Part shown: positions 52,276-61,006 of the stretch, piece after piece
How the letters are laid out: the number at the start of each line of letters is the position of its first letter
How positions within the stretch are numbered: position 1 is the first letter of the stretch
Assembly: GCF_001194135.2 (NCBI RefSeq)
Contig: NC_069004.1
Coordinates: 12,387,376-12,448,381, forward strand
DNA from: Octopus bimaculoides
Taxonomy: Eukaryota
Direction of reading: 5' to 3'
DNA length: 61,006 nucleotides
Made by a program: the position numbers and the translations under genes
The notes under the pieces: generated by a model
Told to the model about the DNA's origin: nothing
What the model saw: the letters and a program-made list of their open reading frames with translations, nothing else
The model's database searches: none

Positions 52276-52279
<4 letters not shown>
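51961..52279 (-). mobile_element. 5'-truncated R4/Dong-like (restriction-like endonuclease) non-LTR element in a (TAA)n tract
   Basis: 52279 to 52157 reads TAKRADYYLAQIRGNPKMAEVQKIVLMGTAHILRKILSM* (cf. QK.VLLGTA.ILR.VL, typical R4-clade C-terminus). Followed by about 200 bp of UTR; (TAA)n lies on both sides on the sense strand. Confidence 0.7.
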
Positions 52280-52348
<69 letters not shown>

Positions 52349-52359
52349 CATTATTATCA

Positions 52360-52393
<34 letters not shown>

Positions 52394-54166
52394 TTTTGCT
52401 GACAGAATCGTTAGCACACCAGGTGAAATGCTTCGTAGTATTTCGTCTGTTGCTGTGTTCTGAGTTCAAATTCTGCCGAGGTTGACTTTGCCGTTCATCC
52501 TTTCAGGGTCAATAAATTAAGTACCAGTGAAAAACTTGATGTACTTGACTAATCCCCTCTCCTGAAATAGCTGCCCCTGTGGCAAAAATTTGAAACCAGC
52601 TATTATTATTATTATTGTTATCATTATTATTGTTGTTATTATTATTATTATTATTATTATTNNNNNNNNNNTTGTTGTTATTATTATTATTATTATTATT
52701 GTTATTATTATTATTATTATTTAAGAAAAATTTGTAGTGCAGTTTTATCTATTTGATAAAACTGCACTACAAGTTTTTCTTTTGCTGTTTTTCATTGAAT
52801 TATGAAGTAAAAATCTTTTGTAAAACATTAGTTTTATAGACAACAACAAAACTTGTTTTAAAATTTATCTTATCAAATGAACATTAATTCATTTTATTTG
52901 CAATAATTCATTTGGTATTAATACATCTTAAATGAGATATCATAATTTCCACTATTCTTTTGCCTGGCTTGTCTCCAACAACAGCCACAAAATAAATGCA
53001 AAAATAAACATGTCCGTTTCTTTGTGGTTGGAACAAGAAAAAACAGCTTCTGATTTAAACATTCAAAGAATCTTTTCTTGTAGACTTCCAGTTGAGAAAA
53101 AGCTAAAAGTACATTCTATCTTTTATCTTTCTTTCATCTTTTAGTTGTTTCAGTCATTAGACTGTGGCCATGCTGGGGCACCGCCTTGAAGGGTTTTAAG
53201 TCAAAGAAATCAACTTCTTTACTTGTACTGTTTTTTTAAATATTTTATTCTAAGTTCAGTACTTAATCTTTCAGCTACTTTTCCCAAACTGCTATGTTGC
53301 AAGGATGTATACAAATCAACATCAGAAGCAAGAGGGTCAAATACAAAGACACATATACACAAATATATATACATATATACATGACAGGCTTCCACACAGT
53401 TTTCGTCCCCAATATTCATTCACAAGAGGACAGTGAGCTGGCAGAATCATGAGTATACCAAGCAAAATGCTTAGCGACATTTCATCCATTTTTATGATCA
53501 GAGTTCAAATTCCGCTATGATTGACTTTGCCTTTCATCCTTTCAGGGTCGATAAAATAAGTACCAGTTGAGCACTGGGGTCAATGTAATCAACTTACCCC
53601 CTCCTCCGAACTTGCTGGCCTTGTGCCAAAATTTGAGGTCAGTATTCATTCACAAGGCACTGGCTAGCCCAGAGAAATAGAAGAAGACTCTTGCTCCAAG
53701 TGCCACAATGGGATTGAACCCAAAACCAAGCAGTTTCAAAGCAGGTTTCTTAACCNNNNNNNNNNNNNNNNNNNNNNNNNNNNNNNNNNNNNNNNNNNNN
53801 NNNNNNNNNNNNNNNNNNNNNNNNNNNNNNNNNNNNNNNNNNNNNNNNNNNNNNNNNNNNNNNNNNNNNNNNNNNNNNNNNNNNNNNNNNNNNNNNNNNN
53901 NNNNNNNNNNNNNNNNNNNNNNNNNNNNNNNNNNNNNNNNNNNNNNNNNNNNNNNNNNNNNNNNNNNNNNNNNNNNNNNNNNNNNNNNNNNNNNNNNNNN
54001 NNNNNNTTGTTGAAAGACCTGAAAAAACCCAAAACAGCTAATGACCCCTTGAAACATCCTTGATGTTGTGTCCACCTATTTCACAGGATGATGTATGAAA
54101 AAAAAAAAAAACTAAACACTTATTCCACCTTTTCCTACATTTACTCCTGGGGTAAAGGGTAAAAGG

Positions 54167-54498
54167 GTGAAGGCACATGGCTCAGTGGTTAGAACGTCAG
54201 GCTCACAATCATGAGGTAGTGAGTTCGATTCCTGGACCAAGGTATGTGTTATGTTCTTGAGCAAGACACTTTATTTCATGTTGCTCCAGTTCACTCAGCT
54301 GTAGGAATGAGTTGTGGCATCACTGGTGCCAACCAGTGTCATCCTTTGTCTTTCCCCTGGATAACATCAGTGGCATGGAGAGGAGAGGCTGGTGTGCATG
54401 GGTGGCTGCTGGCTTTTCCATAAACAACCTTGCCCCAGGACTTGTACCTTGGAGGGGAACTTTCTAGGTGCAATCCCATGGTCATTCATGACCGAAAG
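54167..54498 (+). mobile_element. tRNA-derived CORE-like SINE (family F)
   Basis: Head gaaggcacatggctcagtggttag...gagttcgattcc, then gttcttgagcaagacactttatttcatgttgctccag. Related partial copies at 18759-18957(+) and 15590-15843(-). Confidence 0.75.
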
Positions 54499-55000
54499 AG
54501 TTACAGTGTTCCTTTTCTTTCTGTCTTGAAGGAAGCATCAGCCCTTAAAAATAAGAGATGGAAATTTGAAAAAACGTGGCTTACAACCTTGTAAAACTTG
54601 TTTTGTTTCTCCTAAAAAGAATATTAAGAATTTGGAGGAGAAAGCATTGCAGATTCTGGACTAAATAACCTATTTAAGTTGCAAAATTTATATTCTGATA
54701 TTTGTTAATATACTTTAATATATTCTGATATATTTAAATATATTTTAATGTATCACATTTTAAAAAATCATGTTTGGTTCATTTTTTTTTTATTTTGATC
54801 TAAGTGTGTGCGTATGTGTATGTAATGAATTTACATTTCATATGTATGTATGTATGTATATATGTGTGTCTGTGTGCATGCACACACTTGTATACATAAA
54901 TATAGATAGTGTCTATGTGTGTGTTTATACATGTATACATATACACACATATACAAGCACATATATGTGCTTGTGTGCATGCATGTGTGCACTTGTGTGT

Positions 55001-55038
<38 letters not shown>

Positions 55039-56232
55039 GTGTGTGTGTGTGTGTGTAAAACAAGAGCAAAATTTATGTATCTTGGAAATTCAAAGTGACA
55101 GCTTATTCCAGCCGGGTGGCCTCACATCCTTTGAACATCTGGGGAATATCTGAGTTGTTCCAGAATATCTTCCAAAAATCTCTGTAAATATGACTAAACA
55201 AAATATGGTTTTTGCCTCCTCCCATCCCCCTCCTCCTCCTCTAAGTGTTTTTTCATGAAATTATCTTTTAAACTCTGCAAAGTTGTTGTTTCATCCCCGT
55301 CTAAAGTAAATAAAGGCATTTTTAATGAGACAATACAGAAGTCACTTAGTGGTAACTTGATTTGCTAGAAATAGTAACTGAATTGCCCCACCCATCCTCA
55401 CATGAAATGCTGTTACTGTAAAAAAATTTTTTTAAAACAGGAAGGAAATTATAATCACATAGAATAATGCAGGCCAAGGTACACTATTCCTGAAAGTAAA
55501 GCAGCATGGACACAACATCACAACTTGAACCCCCCACCCTTTGTTTTTATTTTATATAATCACTTTTAGTCTACTCCCTTTCTCTCTCTCAACCATGCCA
55601 AAACAGAGGTCGCTGGTGCTAATACCATGTGAAAAGCACCCAGTCCACCTTGTAAAGTGATTGGCATTAGGAAGGGCATCTAGCTGTAGAAACTATGCCA
55701 AAGCAGACAGTGGAGATTGGTGCAGCCCTCTGGCTTGCCAGTTCCTGTTAAGCCATCCAACCCATGCCAGCATGGACAATGAACATTGAATAATAATGAT
55801 GATGATGATGATATATATGTAATGTGTGTGTGGCTGTGTAGTTCAAAAGCTTGCTTCCTGACCTTGTGATCTGAGCTTCAGTTCCTCTGCATGGTACCTT
55901 GGGCAAGTGTCTTCTATCATAGCCAACCAAAGCCTTGTGAGTGGATTTGGTAGGCGGAAACTGAAAGAAGCCTATTTTGTATGTGTGTGTATGTAAATAT
56001 ATGTGTGTACTTGTGTGTATCCTTGTTCTGACATTATGTGGTCGTTGTAAATGACCATCACCATCATACAAGGAAGGTTGTCTGTTTCCAGTCTTCTGTG
56101 GGAAAATGCCTGGCATGGGAAATGTTACTGTGCATGGAAACAGCTGAGTGTTGGCAACAGGAAGGGCATCCAGCCATAGAAACTCTGCCCCGACAATTTC
56201 TGTCTGTCTTATGTCAGCATGGGAAAGTAGAC

Positions 56233-56765
56233 ATCATCATCATTTAACATCTGTTTTCCATGCTGGCATGGGTAGGATGGTTTGACCAGAACTGGTAAAC
56301 TGAAAAGCTGTATCTGGCTCCAGTCTGTTTTCGTTTGGTTTCTATGGCTGGATGCCCTTTCTATCACCAACTATTCTACAGAGTGTACAAGGTGTCTTTA
56401 ACATGTCACCAGCAGGAATGCTTTTACATGTCACCAACATGGGTCCCTTTTACATGTCATTTGCATGGGTCCCTTTTACATGTCACCAGCACGAGTGCCT
56501 TTCATGTGATGCCAGCACTGGTCACAACCACAGTTTCACTTAGCTTCTCAAACACTGCAAATTGCCAGAAGTCTTGGTCATCTAACATCAAACCCATGAG
56601 ACTCAACAACCAAAGATCATGTTTCACCACCTTGTCCCACATTTTCTTGGGTCTACCTCTTCCACAGGTTCCCTCCACAATTAGCGATTGGCACTTCTTT
56701 ATGCAGCTATCCTCATCCATACACATTGCATGGCCATACCAGTGCAGTCTTCTCTCTTGCACACA
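56233..56765 (-). mobile_element. RTE LINE 3' end (ORF tail, 26-bp minisatellite UTR, (GAT)n tail)
   Basis: Reads VQERRLHWYGHAMCMDEDSCIKKCQSLIVEGTCGRGRPKKMWDKVVKHDL, followed by the family 3' UTR. Confidence 0.8.
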
Positions 56766-56841
56766 TGATGATGATGATGATATATACAAATACACCTACA
56801 CAGAAACAACTTTCCTTTATTTTTCTGTGTATGAAGAGACT

Positions 56842-57222
56842 GTGGAGGCGCAATGGCCCAGTGGTTAGGGCAACGGACTCACAGTCATAAGATCGCGATT
56901 TCGATTCCCAGACCGGGCGTTGTGAGTGTTTATTGAGCGAAAACACCTAAAGCTCCATGAGGCTCCAGCAGGGGAAGGTGGCGAACCCTGCTTTACTCTT
57001 TCACCACAACTTTCTCTCACTCTTACTTCCTGTTTCTGTTGTGCCTGTAATTCAAAGGGTCAGCCTTGTCAAACTGTGTCACGCTGAATATCCCCGAGAA
57101 CTACGTTAAGAGTACACGTGTCTGTGGAGTGCTAAGCCACTTGCACGTTAATTTCACGAGCAGGCTGCTCCGTTGATTGGATCAACTGGAACCGTCGACG
57201 TCATAAGCAACGGAGTGCCAAC
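56842..57222 (+). mobile_element. Full-length tRNA-derived SINE (family C) with 11-bp TSD
   Basis: Head gtggaggcgcaatggcccagtggttaggg...tttcgattccc has A/B-box-like motifs. TSD atgaagagact at 56831-56841 and 57223-57233. Confidence 0.9.
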
Positions 57223-57344
57223 ATGAAGAGACTAATTGTGTGTGTGTATACATACATGTACACTCACACGTGTGTGTATGTTTGTGTGTGTGTTTCATAA
57301 TCTGTAAACTTGTGTTGACGTGTTCTGGTTTTTATTTTCTGCAG

Positions 57345-57510
57345 AATTCAACAGATCCAACTTCTTGGACGGGATATGAAAGGCGCAGAACACGATAAAT
57401 TATGGAACCAATTAGAGGCTGAGATTCATCTGCATCGACACAAAACTGTCATACGTGCATGCAGAGGACGAAACAACATCAAAAAGAAATTACCAGTTCC
57501 ACCAGGCCAC
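57345..57510 (+). CDS. GOPC: GOPC next coding exon (region before the PDZ domain), 166 nt, phase 2 to phase 0
   Basis: Acceptor tttattttctgcag|, donor CAC|gtatgt. Splicing AG|A completes Arg, then [55 protein letters not shown]. Near-identical to recalled [47 protein letters not shown]. Confidence 0.95.
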
Positions 57511-58855
57511 GTATGTATAATTCCTACCATTGTTCTTGTTGGGTGGTGGGTTTCACATCTGCAGATTCACCGCAGATCAGACCAACTTTGAAAACTAGTC
57601 TTACGTGTTGACCATAAATGAATAATGTGAGACTGGTCCAAAGCAGTAATGTTATGTGGGGAGGCAAAAAAAACAGAACCATTTAATTACAGCATTAATG
57701 ATCTAACAAGAATGTAAAACTGTCTAATAGTCGATACACAAATTGCTAAAGTGTGTTGTGTCTACACAAATGAAGGAACAAAACAGTGAACGACGAATTC
57801 TTTTCATTAAATTTAGAAAAGCATTTCCCAAAGGCAGTATAAATGAAAGAAAACCATACAAAAACTAACGATATTTGCAACTTTATTAACTCATTACCAT
57901 TGAAACCAGTTGTATCTAGTCATCACGGAAAAAAATCATTGTTATTTATTCAATCTTATTGGCAAGTTGGTTTCCTTAAGCTGTATAAAAACTTCCATTA
58001 AATCATAATTTTTTCCATTGTTTTGTAATCTCATCATTTTTCTATAAATATATGTAACGCAGCTAGCACCATTTGTATTATGGCTGCTAAAAGAGTAATC
58101 CTTAGACAAGACAAATAACTTTAGATGAATATAACAGCAATAACAACAGCTGTTATACATAAGTATTAAGCTCAATCGCAGACAAGAGATATTATTTTAT
58201 ATAAATATATTGATTGCAAATTTTGGCACAATGCCAGTAATTTCTGGTGGTGGTGGTGGGAGGTGGGGATAAGCCAATTACATTGACCTCTGTGTTCGAT
58301 TGGTACTTATTTTAACAATTCCAAAAGGATGAAAGGCAAAGCAGACCTCGGCAGAATTTGAACTCAGAATGTAAAGACAGACGGAATACTGCTAAGTGTT
58401 TTGCTCAGCTTGCTAATGACTCTGCCAGATACTTTGACGTATCTGATACCTTAAACATCATAATTGCTAACACAATATTATAAACATATAGTGATATAAT
58501 TACAATTACTTTTATGCATCAAGAGTCCATGTGAGAGATCATCTCAAATAATCCTGTGTTCCGTGTCCTAATATAATCTCCATATTAAGTCAGAGATCAA
58601 GAACATTACACCTTAAACAAGGCACTCTACTCTCCTTTATATAATTATATCTGACACCATTTGTATTGGGGTTACTAAAAGTGAAAACCTTAGACAAGAC
58701 ACACAACCTTACTTTATAGAAATGTATTTCAAAATAACCAATATCATCTATATTAAAAATTAGATCATTGATAAAACACTGCCACAATACTATATGAACA
58801 TATCAATATATTTAACACTATATATATATATATACATATATATATATTATTTATT

Positions 58856-59000
58856 GGGCCTCATGGAGGCAAAGTGGCTGAGTTCCTTTCAAGTGTTGAG
58901 CCTCACGGAGGCAAGGTGGCTGAGTTCCTTTTGAGTGGGCCTCACGGCAGCGAAGTCGCTGAGTTCCTTTTGAGCATTGGGCCTCATGGAGGCAAAGTGG
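58856..59000 (+). repeat. 39-42 bp GC-rich minisatellite, about 3.5 units
   Basis: Unit g(g/a)gcctca(t/c)ggaggcaa(a/g)gtggctgagttccttt. Confidence 0.85.
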
Positions 59001-60055
59001 CCAAGTGGCTTTGGTCAACCCGAGACTATAGTAGAAGACACTTGCCCAAAGTGTCATGCAGTGGGACTGAACTCGGAACCATGTGGTTGGGAAACAAGCT
59101 TCTTCCCACACAGCTATTCCTGCACCTGCCACACAGCCATACTTTCAGAATTGTACAAAAACGCAAAAGACAGAGACAGACAGGTAGGGGAACAACAAAG
59201 AAGGGATATTAGTTTCACGCTCAGGAAAAATGGAAGCCTTTTACATTTCGAGCCGACACTCTTTTACAGAAGGGAAAAAACAGGGAAGAAAGGAACATNN
59301 NNNNNNNNNNNNNNNNNNNNNNNNNNNNNNNNNNNNNNNNNNNNNNNNNNNNNNNNNNNNNNNNNNNNNNNNNNNNNNNNNNNNNNNNNNNNNNNNNNNN
59401 NNNNNNNNNNNNNNNNNNNNNNNNNNNNNNNNNNNNNNNNNNNNNNNNNNNNNNNNNNNNNNNNNNNNNNNNNNNNNNNNNNNNNNNNNNNNNNNNNNNN
59501 NNNNNNNNNNNNNNNNNNNNNNNNNNNNNNNNNNNNNNNNNNNNNNNNNNNNNNNNNNNNNNNNNNNNNNNNNNNNNNNNNNNNNNNNNNNNNNNNNNNN
59601 NNNNNNNNNNNNNNNNNNNNNNNNNNNNNNAAGTCATTCAGCTGTAAAACAGAAGGGTTTTTTTTTCCCTTATAAATTTAAATCATTATTTAATTGTTTA
59701 TCCAGGCAATATTTCTCTCTTCATTTTTTCTACAATTTTTTTTTTTTATTACAATATAATTTTTTTTCCTTTCTCCATCATCCTGAAAACACAAACAATT
59801 CTATCTAACAATTATTTTACACTTCATTTTGCCTCTTAGCTTTCATTTGAAAACTTTTTTTTTTTTTCCCCCAATTTCAATCCAAAATCATGTTAGCTAA
59901 TTATAAAAAGAAATAGAGTGTTACTTTGGTGATGTACTGAAAAAAAAAATGCTTTAGATTCTTCTAGAAAATATTAGTTCTTCTAAGACCTGCCTATTTA
60001 CAGGTTTCAACATAATTGAGGTGAATGGCTGACTGATCATTACCATTATTATTAT

Positions 60056-60277
60056 TAAAGTGGCAAACTGGCAGAATCATTAGCATGCTGGACGAAATGC
60101 TTAGCGGTATTTTGCCCATTGCTACATTCTGAGTTCAAATTCCCCCAAGGCCAACTTTGCCTTTCACCCTTTTGGGGTCGATAAATTAAGTACCAGTGAA
60201 ACACTGGACTCGATGTAATTAACTAGTCCCCCTCCCTACAAATTCCAGGCTCTGTGCCTATAGTTGAAAGGATTATT

Positions 60278-60330
<53 letters not shown>

Positions 60331-60540
60331 GGTGGTGAGCTGGCAGGATTGTTAACATGCCAAGCAAAATGCTTGGCTGCATTTCGTCTACCTAACATTC
60401 TGTGTTCAAATTCTGCCATAGTTGACTTTGTCTCTATCATTTTGGGGTTAATAAAATAAGTACCAGTTGTGCACTGGGGTTGATACAATTGACTTACTCC
60501 CTCCCCTGAACTTACTGCCCTTGTATCAAAACTGGAAATC
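60056..60540 (+). mobile_element. Two tandem family B SINEs
   Basis: Heads tggcaaactggcagaatc and aaggtggtgagctggcagg, separated by (ATT)n. Other approximate B copies: 1045-1235, 1965-2380, 4318-4690, 10455-10660, 45100-45465, 52392-52598, 53425-53640, 58215-58430, 60885-61006. Confidence 0.85.
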
Positions 60541-61006
60541 ATTATTATTGTTAGAAAATTACTATTTTTAAATCTCACGTGTGATATTCAGCAAGAGGTA
60601 ATTTGTAGTAAAGATTGTTTGCCAACATAACATGTTGGATGCCCTTCCTGTCACCAACCACTTCACAGTATGTACTAGCTAATTTTTTTGTGACACTGGC
60701 ACTAATGAAGTCACCAACTAACTTGCAAGATGGTAAACATCAACAAAAGCAAAAAGCTCCATCGTTACTAAGCTCATTTAAAACATGCTAATTTTCCCGA
60801 AATCTTTATTTGATATTTTCCTGTCAGCTGAATGAAAACTTTCTCTTTCCTTCATCTAAATAATCACTTTTTCCCAAAATTATCAAACATTGATTTCAAA
60901 TTTTGGCACAAGGCCAGCAAGTTCGGGGGAGGATAAGTCAATTACATTGGGCCCCAAAAGGATGAAAGTTAAAGTCGGCCTTAGTGAAATTTGAACTCAG
61001 AATGTA

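Noticed and set aside
52279-52598. Idea that SINE B is mobilised by the Dong-like element
   Set aside because: SINE B has (ATT)n on its sense strand while the Dong-like element has (TAA)n, and they share no visible 3' sequence.
56842-56920. tRNA-like heads as tRNA genes
   Set aside because: They are SINE heads continuous with SINE bodies and TSDs, with no complete cloverleaf.
57376-57591. 71-aa ORF as a standalone gene
   Set aside because: It is the GOPC exon read from an internal Met and continuing into the intron.

Overview
Repeat-saturated, AT-rich animal genomic DNA from a gapped draft assembly. The SINE/LINE/MITE inventory looks like Octopus (recognised from memory, not searched). The only host gene I can support is GOPC (PIST/CAL) on the + strand: two coding exons (37674-37849, 57345-57510) joined in frame across a 19.5-kb GT-AG intron. 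I did not find its other exons. The rest is microsatellites, several tRNA-derived SINE families and transposon fossils. These include a decayed Ty3/Gypsy gag-pol, a Helitron 3' end with helicase tail, hairpin and CTAG, RTE-clade LINEs (one young copy with a PHD-type finger inside the RT), an R4/Dong-like fragment in a (TAA)n tract, TTAA-flanked MITEs (one nested in another) and several strong hairpins, one with a degenerate hammerhead-like core. Nearly all listed six-frame ORFs are microsatellite or gap translations. I found no clear new biological system. The best leads are transposon architectures, inverted SINEs beside both GOPC exons and candidate minus-strand exons at 12-14.5 kb. Many repeat boundaries are approximate.
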